From Acidimicrobiia bacterium (GTDB taxonomy: Bacteria; Actinomycetota; Acidimicrobiia; Spongiisociales; UBA5794): a DNA stretch of 64,000 bases. Of this stretch, positions 28,875-40,017 are shown one piece after another. The first letter of the stretch is position 1. The number at the start of each line of letters is the position of its first letter. Below the pieces are notes generated by a model that was not told the DNA's origin, did not search any database, and was given only the letters and a program-made list of their open reading frames with translations. The stretch is from the NCBI GenBank assembly GCA_003235475.1, contig QJWC01000116.1, forward strand, positions 29-64,028. The letters are read 5' to 3'. The position numbers and the translations under genes are program-made.

Positions 28875-29510
28875 CTACCAGTCGCGGTCGAGTCCGAGCT
28901 TCATCGCTTCGACCACGGCTTGCGCCCTGTCGTTCACGCCGAGCTTCTCATAGATCGATGCAAGGTGGTTCTTGACGGTCTTCTGGGAGATGTACAGCTC
29001 GTCTGCGATGTCCCTGGTTCCTGAGATTCCCTGGACCAGGCATCGGAGCACGTCCCGCTCACGGTCGGTGACGGTCTCGGCGCGAACAGAGAGCGTCGGA
29101 GCCCTGTAGCGGTCGAGAACGTCGTCCTCGGCCTCGAACAGGTTGACACCATCGTGGGCAGCGCGAATCGCTGCGGCGAGGTCCGGAAGCGGCAGGCCCT
29201 TCGACAGGAAACCCCGAGCGCCAGCGTCCCGGGCCGCCTTCTCGTATTCGTCGGCCGTGTGCATGGTGACGACGAGCGTCGGTGGCGGATCCACGAGCTT
29301 CGCCACCGCAGCGAGGCCGGACATACCCGGCATTTCGACATCGACGAGCAGTACATCGGGCTCGTACGTCTCGACGCCGCGTGCGATGTCCGTTCCGTCG
29401 GTGAGCGTCGCGACGACGGAGATGTCGGGCAGGCTGTTGAGGGCCTGCCTGAGGCCGTCGAGCATCAACTGGTGATCGTCGGCTATGAGGACCTTCAGGG
29501 GAGTGTTCAC
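28875..29510 (-). CDS. NarL/LuxR family response regulator
   Basis: LIADDH, LLVDVEMP, GFLSKG, ISQKTVKNHLASIYEKLGV. Confidence 0.93.
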   Translation of the reverse strand: MNTPLKVLIADDHQLMLDGLRQALNSLPDISVVATLTDGTDIARGVETYEPDVLLVDVEMPGMSGLAAVAKLVDPPPTLVVTMHTADEYEKAARDAGARGFLSKGLPLPDLAAAIRAAHDGVNLFEAEDDVLDRYRAPTLSVRAETVTDRERDVLRCLVQGISGTRDIADELYISQKTVKNHLASIYEKLGVNDRAQAVVEAMKLGLDRDW

Positions 29511-31012
29511 GACGTTCCGCTCCACGACACGGAGACCGTTGTTCCCCTACCGGGGGCGGATGTCACATCGAATTCGGCCCCGATGAGCTGTGCTCGTTCT
29601 TTCATGCCAACGAGACCGTAGCGATCGTCCGTTGCGGACGAGGGATCGAAGCCCCGACCGTTGTCGGTCACGGCGATCGTGCCGCCCTCCACGCCGACTC
29701 TCCCTGTGACCTCGATGACGGTGGCCCCAGCGTGTTCGACGGCGTTGCGGAAGGCCTCCGTGAGGAGCCCGGAGAGCTCGGCCGCGACGGCTGGACGAGG
29801 CGGCACTCGTTCCTCGATGTCGACGACGACGGTCGGTCCGTCCGCATCCACCTCGGCAACGAGGGAGTGGGCGCGCTCGACGAGGGACGTGGTGCGGTCA
29901 GCGCGCAGGTCCTGGACCCGCGCCCTCACGACGTCGACGAGCCGCGTGACATTGCTGCGGGTGGCCTCGAGCGTGCGCTGGTCCTCCTCGTTGAGGTGAT
30001 CGCCCATCAGCAGCATGTCGAGTGTGAGCCCGACGCTCGCAATGGAAGGGGCGATGTCGTCGTGGAGCTCGCGGGCCAGACGGACGCGCTCGCGCTGGAT
30101 CGTCAGCCCTGCGAGTTGCTGCACCATCTCGTCGTTTTCGATTGCAAGCCCCACCGGCACGATCGAAGCCTCGATCGCGGCCCGCTGGCTCGGTGAGAGG
30201 GGGCCCTCGTCCATCCAGAGGTCCAGCCTGGCGAGCTCGCCTGACGCAGTACCGATGACGAAAACCTCCGCTGGTTCGGACTCATGCGACCCGCCGCGAT
30301 GGGCGAGGGTAACATTGCCCTTGCCGACGATCCGGCAGTCGGCCATCGGAAGCACGACGCCAATGTCACGGAGGGCGTTCTGGGCGGAGGCGACGGCGTT
30401 CACCTCCGGTGCGTTCGCAACCCTGAGGAGATCCTCGAGCAGCTCGTGCGTCTCCTCGAGCCGTGCGCGACGTCCCTCGGCCGTCTCGCGGGCAAGCGAC
30501 AGGTCCTCGGCACGCTCGACCTCGGAGAGCAGGGCTCGTTGAACCTCGCTGAACGCGATGGCGGTGATGACGTAGATGGTGGGGAGCCGGATGTAGGCCT
30601 CGATGCTCACGGAGGACTCCGTCGACCACAACGCTGCGAAGAGCCCACCGATCGAGACGGCAGCGACCGGGACCGCCGCTGCGGCCCCGCCGCCTATCGC
30701 AGCAAGGAAGATCGAGCCGACGGGCATGACGACGAACCCGCTCGCTGTGCCGTCCGTCAGTGCGATCGCGATGGAGTAGAGCACGACGCTGAAGGCGAGC
30801 AAGGCCAAGCCGCGCCGCTGCGTCCCCGCGAAGGGGACATCGACGACGACAGCAACCGCCACGCCGACCGCCACGAGGAGGATTGCGATCGACGCCGACG
30901 CGTCCACGGGTCCGGCGATGATCGTCGCGGCCGTTCCGAGCACGAATCCACCCACGTGGACCACGTTCGACGTGACCTTGAGCCGCTGCGCCCATTCACG
31001 TTTTCGTGTCAC
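29507..31012 (-). CDS. membrane sensor histidine kinase (HisKA_3 type)
   Basis: ERVRLARELHDD, EAFRNAVEHA, DNGRGF, GLVGMKERA; N-terminal TMs. Confidence 0.92.
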   Translation of the reverse strand: MTRKREWAQRLKVTSNVVHVGGFVLGTAATIIAGPVDASASIAILLVAVGVAVAVVVDVPFAGTQRRGLALLAFSVVLYSIAIALTDGTASGFVVMPVGSIFLAAIGGGAAAAVPVAAVSIGGLFAALWSTESSVSIEAYIRLPTIYVITAIAFSEVQRALLSEVERAEDLSLARETAEGRRARLEETHELLEDLLRVANAPEVNAVASAQNALRDIGVVLPMADCRIVGKGNVTLAHRGGSHESEPAEVFVIGTASGELARLDLWMDEGPLSPSQRAAIEASIVPVGLAIENDEMVQQLAGLTIQRERVRLARELHDDIAPSIASVGLTLDMLLMGDHLNEEDQRTLEATRSNVTRLVDVVRARVQDLRADRTTSLVERAHSLVAEVDADGPTVVVDIEERVPPRPAVAAELSGLLTEAFRNAVEHAGATVIEVTGRVGVEGGTIAVTDNGRGFDPSSATDDRYGLVGMKERAQLIGAEFDVTSAPGRGTTVSVSWSGTS

Positions 31013-31035
31013 GCCCGCAGGGTACAGTCGGCGCC

Positions 31036-31635
31036 ATGCAGGACGATGAATCCCACCGCGCAGGCGCGCGGGTGCTTGTGGGAGGGGGAATCGGCGCTGG
31101 CAAGTCCTCAGTCGTCGAGATGTTTCGGCGCGCCGGCTTCCACGTGATCATCGCCGACGACATCGGGCGAACCGTTCTCCAGCCGGGCACCGAGGCCGTT
31201 GCGATCGTCGAGGAACGATGGCCGTCGGCGGTGAAGGACGGCGAACTCGACCGCGGCGCGCTCGCCACGATCGTGTTCAACGACCGCGGTGAGTTGGCCA
31301 CGCTCGAGGCGATCACGCATCCGGAGATCAAGAGGGCGATCGATGCCGAGTGCGAGGCCCACCTCGACGACGACATCGTCATCGAGACCCCGGTTGCGAA
31401 TCTGATGGGGGATGCGGGTTTCCTCAAGGTTGCCGTGGTCGCTGCACCCGAGCTCCGCCTCGCGAGGTCAGTGACGCGCGGAGGCGCTCGGGCAGACGTC
31501 ATGGCGCGCATGGGGATGCAGGCGTCTGACGCCGAGTGGTCCGATTGGGCCGATGTGGTGATCGACAACTCCGGTACCCCCGAGGAGCTCGAGTGGCGCG
31601 TCGTGCCGATCATCGAGGAAGTTCGCCGTGGCTGA
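31036..31635 (+). CDS. coaE: dephospho-CoA kinase
   Basis: [30 protein letters not shown]. Confidence 0.92.
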   Translation: MQDDESHRAGARVLVGGGIGAGKSSVVEMFRRAGFHVIIADDIGRTVLQPGTEAVAIVEERWPSAVKDGELDRGALATIVFNDRGELATLEAITHPEIKRAIDAECEAHLDDDIVIETPVANLMGDAGFLKVAVVAAPELRLARSVTRGGARADVMARMGMQASDAEWSDWADVVIDNSGTPEELEWRVVPIIEEVRRG

Positions 31636-33658
31636 GATGCGACCATTCGAGGTGGTGAGCGACTTCCAACCGAGCGGCGACCAGCCAGAGGCGATCGCAA
31701 AGCTCACGGAGGGCATCAGGAGGGGTGATCGCTTCCAGACACTGCTCGGGATCACCGGTTCGGGAAAGTCGGCAACGGTGGCGTGGACGATCGAGCAGGT
31801 GCAGCTCCCGACGCTCGTCCTCGCACCGAACAAGGCCCTTGCGGCGCAACTCGCGAACGAATACCGGCAGTTCTTCCCCAACAACCGCGTCGAGTACTTC
31901 GTGTCCTATTACGACTACTACCAGCCTGAGGCGTACATCGCGCAGTCGGACACCTACATCGAGAAGGAGTCGACGATCAACGACGAGATCGACCGGCTCA
32001 GGCATGCCGCAACCGCGGCGCTCCTGACACGGCGCGATGTGATCATCGTCGCATCGGTCTCAGCCATCTACGGCCTCGGGTCGCCAGAGCACTACGAGGG
32101 ACAGCTCCTGCGACTGGTCCGCGGTGTCGAGTTCCCGCTGTCGGAGTCCATCAAGAGGCTCGTGAACATCCAGTACGACCGCAACGAGGTCAACCTCACG
32201 AGAGGCACCTTCCGTGTCAGGGGCGACACCCTCGAGGTCTTCCCGAACTACGAGGAGACGATCACGCGCATCCAGTACTGGGGCGACGAGATCGAGCGCA
32301 TCTCCCGCATGAACCCGGTGACCGGAGAGGTCATCGAGGAGATGTCCGAAGTGTTCGTGTATCCGGCGACGCACTACGTCACGTCCAAGGAGATCATCGA
32401 GCGTGCGATAAGCGGGATCCAGGTCGAGCTCCAAGACCGGTTGGCGGCCCTCGAGCGCAAGGGAAAGCTGCTGGAGGCGCAGCGGTTGCGGATGAGGACC
32501 CACTACGACATCGAGATGATGAGGGAGGTCGGCTACTGCTCTGGCATCGAGAACTACTCGGTGTACCTCGATGGGCGCGAGCCCGGTCAGGCGCCCTTCA
32601 CCCTGCTCGACTACTTCCCGGACGACTTCCTGATGGTCCTCGACGAGAGCCACGTGACGGTGCCTCAGATCAACGGCCAGTTCGCCGGCGACAAGTCGCG
32701 AAAGGACGTCCTCATCGAGCACGGCTTCCGTCTCCCGTCTGCGCTCGACAACCGGCCGCTGCGCTTCGACGAGTGGTACGACAAGGTCAACCAGGCCATC
32801 TTGCTCTCGGCAACGCCGAGCAACTGGGAGATGAGGGAATCGTCCCAGGTGGTCGAGCAGATCATCAGGCCGACCGGGCTCATCGACCCTGAGGTCATCG
32901 TCAGGCCGACCAAGGGCCAGATCGACGACCTGGTCGGCGAGATCCAGTCGGCAGCAGAGAGCGACCAGCGCGTCCTCGTCACCACCTTGACGAAGAAGAT
33001 GTCGGAGGATTTGACGGACTACCTCCTCGAGCTTGGGGTCCGCGCGCGGTACCTGCACTCCGACATCGACACCCTCGAACGCGTCCAGATCCTCCGCGAC
33101 CTGCGGCTGGGGGAGTACGACGTCCTCGTCGGCGTCAACCTCCTCCGGGAAGGCCTCGATCTCCCCGAGGTCGCGCTCGTGGCGATCCTTGACGCGGACA
33201 AGGAGGGCTTCCTCAGGTCCGGTACGAGCCTCATCCAGACGATCGGGCGTGCGGCACGAAACGTCGACGGCTCCGTGGTGATGTACGCGGACGAGGTGAC
33301 CGATTCGATGAGGCGAGCCATCAGCGAAACCAACCGGCGCCGCATGAAGCAGCTCGAGTACAACGAAGAGCACGGCATCGATCCGCAGACGATCCGCAAA
33401 CGCGTGTCCGACATCCTGGAACTCGTGTCGTCCCGTGACGCGCCGTCGGTCGACCGCAGGGCGCGGGAACTCCGCAACCGCCAGCCACTCGACCTGACCA
33501 CCCCGGATCTGAGGCGGCTGATCCAGAGCCTCGAGGACGAGATGCACGAGGCTGCCAAGGAGCTCCGGTTCGAGTACGCGGCGCGCCTGCGCGACGAGGT
33601 GAACGAACTTCGGAGGGAGCTGAAGGAACTCATGGACGGCGCGGTCCCCGCCCCGTAA
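31628..33658 (+). CDS. uvrB: excinuclease ABC subunit B
   Basis: [41 protein letters not shown]-terminal UVR domain. Confidence 0.98.
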   Translation: MAEMRPFEVVSDFQPSGDQPEAIAKLTEGIRRGDRFQTLLGITGSGKSATVAWTIEQVQLPTLVLAPNKALAAQLANEYRQFFPNNRVEYFVSYYDYYQPEAYIAQSDTYIEKESTINDEIDRLRHAATAALLTRRDVIIVASVSAIYGLGSPEHYEGQLLRLVRGVEFPLSESIKRLVNIQYDRNEVNLTRGTFRVRGDTLEVFPNYEETITRIQYWGDEIERISRMNPVTGEVIEEMSEVFVYPATHYVTSKEIIERAISGIQVELQDRLAALERKGKLLEAQRLRMRTHYDIEMMREVGYCSGIENYSVYLDGREPGQAPFTLLDYFPDDFLMVLDESHVTVPQINGQFAGDKSRKDVLIEHGFRLPSALDNRPLRFDEWYDKVNQAILLSATPSNWEMRESSQVVEQIIRPTGLIDPEVIVRPTKGQIDDLVGEIQSAAESDQRVLVTTLTKKMSEDLTDYLLELGVRARYLHSDIDTLERVQILRDLRLGEYDVLVGVNLLREGLDLPEVALVAILDADKEGFLRSGTSLIQTIGRAARNVDGSVVMYADEVTDSMRRAISETNRRRMKQLEYNEEHGIDPQTIRKRVSDILELVSSRDAPSVDRRARELRNRQPLDLTTPDLRRLIQSLEDEMHEAAKELRFEYAARLRDEVNELRRELKELMDGAVPAP

Positions 33659-33661
33659 TCG

Positions 33662-33683
33662 TGTCACACCCCTTCGGTACACT
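33662..33683 (+). promoter_or_regulatory. putative PafBC/RecA-NDp-type DNA-damage promoter of uvrA
   Basis: TGTCAC-N10-TACACT. Confidence 0.6.
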
Positions 33684-33763
33684 CGCTGCGCCTCGTGCGG
33701 GAGGGCTCCGAAGTCGAGAGCCCGATTCGCGAGGGGGCGCACAACGAGCGGAGTTTCGAGGAC

Positions 33764-36595
33764 ATGGCGAGTGACCAGATCGTCATACGGGGGGCGCGAG
33801 AGCACAACCTGAAGAACGTCGACGTCGAGCTCCCGCGCGACAGGCTGATCGTGTTCACAGGGCTCTCCGGCTCAGGCAAGTCGTCGTTGGCATTCGACAC
33901 GATCTACGCAGAGGGCCAGCGCAGATATGTCGAATCCCTCTCTGCATACGCGCGCCAGTTCCTCGGACAGATGGACAAGCCGGACGTCGACTTCATCGAG
34001 GGCCTTTCGCCTGCCATCTCGATCGATCAGAAGACCGCGAGTCGCAACCCTCGATCCACCGTCGGGACCGTCACCGAGATCCACGACTACCTCAGGCTGC
34101 TCTTTGCGCGCATCGGGATTCCCCACTGCCCGAACGACGGGTCCCCCGTGTCCCGTCAGACGCCGCAGCAGATCGTCGACCGCGTCCTCGAGCTCGACGA
34201 CGACACCAAGTTCATGGTCCTCGCCCCGGTGGTCCGCGGCCGGAAGGGCGAGTACGACGCGTTGTTCCAGGACCTCGTCAAAGCAGGGTTCTCGAGGGCG
34301 AGGGTCGACGGTGATCTGGTCGAGCTCACCGACCCCATCGAGCTCGCACGGTACGAGCAACACACCATCGAGGTGGTCGTCGACCGCCTGGTGCGCAAGG
34401 ACGGCATCGAACGTCGGCTGACGGACTCGATCGAGACGGCGCTCGGCCTGGCTGACGGTGTGGCGATGATCGACATCGTCGAGGGCCCCACCCTCTCCTT
34501 CTCCCAGGCGTTCGCGTGCGGCGAGTGCGGGCTGTCATTCGACGAGCTGCAGCCGCGCAACTTTTCGTTCAACTCGCCGTACGGGGCGTGCCAGGACTGC
34601 ACCGGGATCGGGACCAAGTTCCAGGTCGACGCCGACCTGGTCGTGCCCCAGCCGGACCTGTCGCTCGAAGAGGGCGCGATCGCCCCGTGGCGGGGCCGCC
34701 ATCGTATGACGTACTACCAGAGGCTGATCGGGGCTGTGGCCAAGGCGCACCGCATCCCGATGTCGAAGCCGTGGAGAGAGCTCACCGACCAGCACAAGGA
34801 CATCCTGCTCAACGGCGGGCCGAAGGCGAGCTACACGATCGTGTACGAGAACCGGTTCGGGCGGCAGCGGTCGTACGACGCCGCGTATGAGGGCGCCCTG
34901 CCGTGGCTCGAGCGTCGGTATGCCGACTCGGAATCCGACGGGGCGAGGGCTTCATACCAGCAGTACATGCGTGAGATCCCGTGCTCGTTGTGCAAAGGGG
35001 GCCGCCTCAACTCGATCAGCCTCGCCGTCACGATCGACGGCCTGAGCATCGCTGATGTGTCGCGGCGGAGCCTCGCCGCTGCTCTCGACTTCCTCGAGGG
35101 TCTCGACCTGTCCGACCGCGACGCCACCATCGCGGGGCCGATCGTCAAGGAGATCGGTGAGCGGCTTCGGTTCCTGGTGGCGGTCGGCCTCGACTACCTC
35201 ACGCTCGCTCGTGGCGCGGCGACCCTCGCCGGGGGAGAAGCACAGCGGATCAGGCTCGCGACCCAGATCGGATCTGGCCTGGTCGGCGTGCTCTACATCC
35301 TCGACGAACCGTCGATCGGCCTGCATCAGCGGGACAACCAGCGACTCATCGAGACACTGCTTCGACTGCGGGACCTCGGGAACACCCTCATTGTCGTGGA
35401 ACACGACGAGGACACCATCAGGATCGCCGATCATGTCGTGGACATCGGCCCGGGCGCCGGCGAGCACGGGGGACGGATCGTCGCTGAGGGATCGGTCGAC
35501 GACCTCGTGGGGGCTTCCGAGTCGATCACTGGGAAGTACCTGTCCGGTGAGCGCCGCATCGAGGTGCCCGGGAAGAGGCGAAACGGCCGCAAGGAATCGA
35601 TCGACGTCTTCGGGGCAGCCGAAAACAACCTCGCGGACATCGACGTCTCGTTCCCGCTCGGGAGATTCATCGCCGTCACCGGAGTCTCCGGCAGCGGAAA
35701 GTCATCTTTGGTGCAACAGATCCTGAGCAAGGCGCTGCATGGGTCGTTGCACGGCTCGCGTTCTCTCCCCGGCAGGCACAGCCGCATCGAGGGCCTCGAA
35801 CACATCGACAAGGTGATCAACATCGATCAATCACCGATCGGCCGCACCCCTCGCTCGAACCCCGTTACCTATACGAAGGCTTTCGACGCAATCAGGCAGC
35901 TCTTCGCGGCGACGCCGGACGCGCGCATGCGCGGGTACAAGCCAGGGCGATTCTCGTTCAACGTGGCTGGCGGGCGTTGCGAGACGTGCAAAGGCGACGG
36001 CACCCTCAAGATCGAGATGCACTTCCTCCCTGACGTGTACGTGCCTTGTGACACGTGCGGGGGTCTGCGGTACAACCGCGACACGCTCGAGGTGCAATTC
36101 AAGGGCCATTCCATCGCCGACGTGCTCGACATGTCGATCGAGGACGCCCTCGTGTTCTTCGAGCACCAGCCGAGGATCGCAAGGGTGCTCGGCACGCTCT
36201 ACGACGTCGGCCTCGGGTACGTGCGCCTCGGCCAGCCGGCGCCGACACTGTCGGGCGGGGAGGCGCAGCGGGTCAAGCTCGCGTCCGAACTCGGCAAACG
36301 TTCCACGGGCCGGACCTTCTACATCCTCGACGAACCGACGACGGGTCTCCATTTCGAGGACATCAGGAAGCTGCTCGGCGTGCTCCAACGCCTCGTCGAC
36401 AATGGCAACACCGTCGTCGTCATCGAGCACAACCTCGATGTCGTGAAGTCGGTCGATTGGGTGATCGACCTCGGACCTGATGGGGGTGACGGCGGCGGCC
36501 GGATCGTGGCGACCGGTACGCCAGAGGACATCGCCGACGTGCCCGAGTCCTACACGGGCAAGTTCCTGAGGGATGTGCTCGTCAGTGGTGGCTGA
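33764..36595 (+). CDS. uvrA: excinuclease ABC subunit A
   Basis: [33 protein letters not shown], two ABC domains, Zn fingers. Confidence 0.98.
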   Translation: MASDQIVIRGAREHNLKNVDVELPRDRLIVFTGLSGSGKSSLAFDTIYAEGQRRYVESLSAYARQFLGQMDKPDVDFIEGLSPAISIDQKTASRNPRSTVGTVTEIHDYLRLLFARIGIPHCPNDGSPVSRQTPQQIVDRVLELDDDTKFMVLAPVVRGRKGEYDALFQDLVKAGFSRARVDGDLVELTDPIELARYEQHTIEVVVDRLVRKDGIERRLTDSIETALGLADGVAMIDIVEGPTLSFSQAFACGECGLSFDELQPRNFSFNSPYGACQDCTGIGTKFQVDADLVVPQPDLSLEEGAIAPWRGRHRMTYYQRLIGAVAKAHRIPMSKPWRELTDQHKDILLNGGPKASYTIVYENRFGRQRSYDAAYEGALPWLERRYADSESDGARASYQQYMREIPCSLCKGGRLNSISLAVTIDGLSIADVSRRSLAAALDFLEGLDLSDRDATIAGPIVKEIGERLRFLVAVGLDYLTLARGAATLAGGEAQRIRLATQIGSGLVGVLYILDEPSIGLHQRDNQRLIETLLRLRDLGNTLIVVEHDEDTIRIADHVVDIGPGAGEHGGRIVAEGSVDDLVGASESITGKYLSGERRIEVPGKRRNGRKESIDVFGAAENNLADIDVSFPLGRFIAVTGVSGSGKSSLVQQILSKALHGSLHGSRSLPGRHSRIEGLEHIDKVINIDQSPIGRTPRSNPVTYTKAFDAIRQLFAATPDARMRGYKPGRFSFNVAGGRCETCKGDGTLKIEMHFLPDVYVPCDTCGGLRYNRDTLEVQFKGHSIADVLDMSIEDALVFFEHQPRIARVLGTLYDVGLGYVRLGQPAPTLSGGEAQRVKLASELGKRSTGRTFYILDEPTTGLHFEDIRKLLGVLQRLVDNGNTVVVIEHNLDVVKSVDWVIDLGPDGGDGGGRIVATGTPEDIADVPESYTGKFLRDVLVSGG

Positions 36596-37310
36596 CAGTT
36601 GGGATGTGAGAGCATCGTGGTGGCGGTCCGAGGTTGCTGACGACCCTGTCTACCGGAACGACATCGAGCCGCTGTTCGTCGAGCTGATCCCCACGACCGG
36701 ACTGGCCGTTGATCTCGGCTGTGGTGAGGGGCAGACGATGCGATCGCTCGGGGGCCGGGCCGTCGGGGTCGATCTCTCGCGTTCGCTCCTGGTCGAAGCT
36801 GCGAGGACGCATCCGGTCATCGCATGCAGGCTTCCGGATCTATCCGCAGTCAGGGCTGCATCCTTCGACATCGCCTACACGATCTATGTGCTCGAACTCC
36901 TGGCGGACCACGAGCAGTTCTTCGAGGAGACCGCGAGGGTGGTCAGGCAGGACGGCTGTCTCGTCGTCATCATGAACCACCCCGCATACACGGCGCCCGG
37001 CGCGGGTCCCATCCTGGACGACGACGGCGAGACCCTCTGGCGCTGGGGCCGGTACTTCGGACATGGGACCACAGAGGAGCCAGCCGGGGATGAGCCGGTC
37101 ACCTTCCACCACCGCCCCCTGGACGACCTCCTGACGGCGGCAGCCGGTTCGGGCTGGGTTCTCGATCAGATGCACGAGCGAGGCCTCTCGGACGAGACGG
37201 TCCGACGCATTCCGGGGTATGTCGGACAGCAGCACGTCCCTCGGATCCTGGGTATCCGGTGGACGCGAGGCCACCGTGGCGATCGTGCCTGGTCGGTACC
37301 ATCGGCATAA
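36588..37310 (+). CDS. class I SAM-dependent methyltransferase
   Basis: VDLGCGEG motif I, GVDLS, ASFDIA; overlaps uvrA stop and uvrC start. Confidence 0.85.
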   Translation: MADSWDVRASWWRSEVADDPVYRNDIEPLFVELIPTTGLAVDLGCGEGQTMRSLGGRAVGVDLSRSLLVEAARTHPVIACRLPDLSAVRAASFDIAYTIYVLELLADHEQFFEETARVVRQDGCLVVIMNHPAYTAPGAGPILDDDGETLWRWGRYFGHGTTEEPAGDEPVTFHHRPLDDLLTAAAGSGWVLDQMHERGLSDETVRRIPGYVGQQHVPRILGIRWTRGHRGDRAWSVPSA

Positions 37311-39148
37311 TGCTCAAGAGGCCAGCGCCGTCGTCGATTCCGGACTCGCCAGGTGTCTACATCTTCAGGGATGCCGAGGGCCGAGCCCTGTACGTGGGGA
37401 AGGCGAAGTCACTCAGGAAGCGCACTGCGAACTACTTCGCGAGGGATCTCTCACCTCGCACCAGGATGATGGTGGACACGGCTGCCGACCTCGAGTGGAT
37501 CGTGACGGACTCCGAGGTCGCGGCGCTGATGCTCGAGTACTCGGTCGTTCAGGAACACCAGCCGATGTTCAACGTGCGCCTCAAGGACGACAAGTCGTTC
37601 CCGTACCTTGCGATCACGAGGAACGAGGAGTGGCCCCGCGCCGTCGTGATGCGCGGCAAGAAGCGGAAGGGCGTGCAGTACTTCGGCCCGTATGCGAGGG
37701 CCTACTCGATACGCCAGACGCTCGACTCGCTGCTTCGCCCATTCCCGATACGCACGTGTACCAATGCCAAGTTCAACCGCCACGAGGCCTCTGGTCGTCC
37801 GTGTCTGTTGTTCCACATCGAGAAGTGCGCCGGCCCATGTGTGGGGGAGGTCGACCGCGGCACCTACGACAGGCATGTCGACGGGTTGGCGTCGTTCCTC
37901 TCGGGCGGGAGCGACGAGTTGATCGCGGACCTTCGCTCGGCGATGAGCGCGGCAGCCGACGCGCAGGAGTACGAGCGCGCGGCCAGGCTGAGGGATGAGA
38001 TCGGGGCGATGCACACCGCACTCGAACGCCAGGAGCTCGTGACCGAGAAGCGTGAAGACTTCGATGTGCTCGCGTGTGTCGAGGACGACCTCGAGTTCGT
38101 GTTGGTGATCCTCAATGTGCGTCAAGGACGTGTGACGGGCCGCAAGACGACCGTTGTCGACAGGGTCGAGGATCTCACGACAGCGGAGTTCATGGAGCGC
38201 ATGATCGGGCAGGTGTACGGGTCCGAGGATCCGCCGAAGGAGGTGCTCGTCCAGGAACTCCCGGAGAATCCAGAAGTCCTCACGGAGTGGTTGGCGCTTC
38301 GCCGTGGTTCCTCGGTGTCGCTTCGGGTCCCGAAACGTGGCACCAAGCGCAGGATCATGGAGACGGCGTCGGCCAATGCCGACGAAGAGTTCGCTCGCCA
38401 TCGGCTGAAGCGGCACAGCGACCACAATGCCAGAGCGAGGGCCCTGCGTTCGCTCCAGCAGACGCTCGGTCTCCCGACCTCACCGCTGAGGATCGAGTGC
38501 TACGACATCTCGACGATCCAGGGCCGCCACACCGTGGCGTCGATGGTGGTGTTCGAGGACGGGCTGCCGAAGAAGAGCGACTACCGCCGCTTCCGTATCA
38601 AGACGATCGACGGACAGGATGACTTTGCTTCCATGGAGGAGGTGCTGCGGCGGCGCTTCGGCGCGTATCTCGCTGAGCGAGCGCAAGGACCGGCTGAGGG
38701 CCAGAAGTTCGCGTACCCGCCTTCGCTCGTCGTGATCGACGGCGGGAAGGGCCAACTCGGCCGGGCCGTGAAGGTGCTGTCCGAGTTCGATCTGGACATA
38801 CCCGTTGTCGGGCTCGCGAAGAAGCTCGAAGAGGTGTTCGTTCCGGGGAGGTCCGATCCGATCGTCATCGACCGCGGTGAGGAGTCGCTCTATCTCCTCC
38901 AGCGAGTCAGGGACGAGGCACACCGTTTCGCGATCACGTATCACCGGAAGGTGCGGTCGAAGTCGATGATCGACTCCATCCTCGACGATGTGCCGGGCGT
39001 CGGGTCTGGCCGAAAGAAGGCCCTCGTTCGGACGTTCGGGTCGGTCAAGAAGATGCGTTCGGCATCGGTTGACGATCTCGCCAAGGTGGTTCCGGATAAG
39101 GTGGCGGCGTCACTGTACGAAGCGCTCCACGAGGTACCACGGTCGTGA
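37310..39148 (+). CDS. uvrC: excinuclease ABC subunit C
   Basis: PGVYIF...YVGKAKSLR, RIECYDIS, DGGKGQ, RDEAHRFAI, HhH. Confidence 0.97.
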   Translation: MLKRPAPSSIPDSPGVYIFRDAEGRALYVGKAKSLRKRTANYFARDLSPRTRMMVDTAADLEWIVTDSEVAALMLEYSVVQEHQPMFNVRLKDDKSFPYLAITRNEEWPRAVVMRGKKRKGVQYFGPYARAYSIRQTLDSLLRPFPIRTCTNAKFNRHEASGRPCLLFHIEKCAGPCVGEVDRGTYDRHVDGLASFLSGGSDELIADLRSAMSAAADAQEYERAARLRDEIGAMHTALERQELVTEKREDFDVLACVEDDLEFVLVILNVRQGRVTGRKTTVVDRVEDLTTAEFMERMIGQVYGSEDPPKEVLVQELPENPEVLTEWLALRRGSSVSLRVPKRGTKRRIMETASANADEEFARHRLKRHSDHNARARALRSLQQTLGLPTSPLRIECYDISTIQGRHTVASMVVFEDGLPKKSDYRRFRIKTIDGQDDFASMEEVLRRRFGAYLAERAQGPAEGQKFAYPPSLVVIDGGKGQLGRAVKVLSEFDLDIPVVGLAKKLEEVFVPGRSDPIVIDRGEESLYLLQRVRDEAHRFAITYHRKVRSKSMIDSILDDVPGVGSGRKKALVRTFGSVKKMRSASVDDLAKVVPDKVAASLYEALHEVPRS

Positions 39149-40017
39149 TCGGCAACAACGAAGACGTCCACGTCGTCATCATCACAGGGTTGTCCGGCGC
39201 TGGCCGATCGCAAGCCGCCAAGGTGTTGGAGGACATCGGCTACTTCGTCGTCGACAACCTTCCCGTCGCCATGATCGGGAAGCTGATGGACACGCTCGGA
39301 GTGGTCGAGGGAGAGCGACAGCGACTGGCGATCGTCGCCGATACTCGCACCCGCATGAACGCCGAGATCCTCGAGAACGCCCTCGTCGATCTGCGCCGTG
39401 AAGGCATCCCCACCACCGTGCTGTTCCTCGACGCGGACGACGCGGTGCTCCACAGGCGATTCAAAGAGACGAGGAGGCCCCACCCCGTTGATGCAGCCTC
39501 GCTCGCTGAGTCGATCGCAGTCGAACGCGCCGCGTTCGAGGACGTCCGGGCGAGCGCCGATGTCATCGTCGACACCACCCAGCTCTCGGTGCATCAGCTG
39601 CGAGACCGCCTCCGGGAGGCGTTCTCAGACGCAGACTCGCGCACGTCGATGAGGGTCGTCGTCACATCGTTCGGATTCAAGAGGGGAGCCCCATCGGTCG
39701 TCGACCTGATGTTCGACGTGCGATTCCTCCCGAACCCACATTGGGATCCCGACCTCCGGCCCCTCACTGGGCTCGACGAGCCGGTGAGGGCTTTCGTCTT
39801 CGACCAGCCACAGGCTGCGGAGTTCCTCGAGCGCGTCACGGACCTCCTCGACTTCCTGCTCCCGCAGTACGAGCTCGAGGGCAAGTCGTATCTGACGATC
39901 GGCATCGGCTGCACCGGCGGCCGGCACCGAAGCGTCGCGATGGCCGATGCGATCGGGAAGCACCTCGCGGCGAACGGCGTGGACAGCTCCGTCAACCACA
40001 GGGACCTCGAAGCCTGA
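39145..40017 (+). CDS. rapZ: RNase adapter RapZ/YvcJ family P-loop protein
   Basis: TGLSGAGRS, VDNLP, FDVRFLPNP, GCTGGRHRSV. Confidence 0.95.
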   Translation: MIGNNEDVHVVIITGLSGAGRSQAAKVLEDIGYFVVDNLPVAMIGKLMDTLGVVEGERQRLAIVADTRTRMNAEILENALVDLRREGIPTTVLFLDADDAVLHRRFKETRRPHPVDAASLAESIAVERAAFEDVRASADVIVDTTQLSVHQLRDRLREAFSDADSRTSMRVVVTSFGFKRGAPSVVDLMFDVRFLPNPHWDPDLRPLTGLDEPVRAFVFDQPQAAEFLERVTDLLDFLLPQYELEGKSYLTIGIGCTGGRHRSVAMADAIGKHLAANGVDSSVNHRDLEA

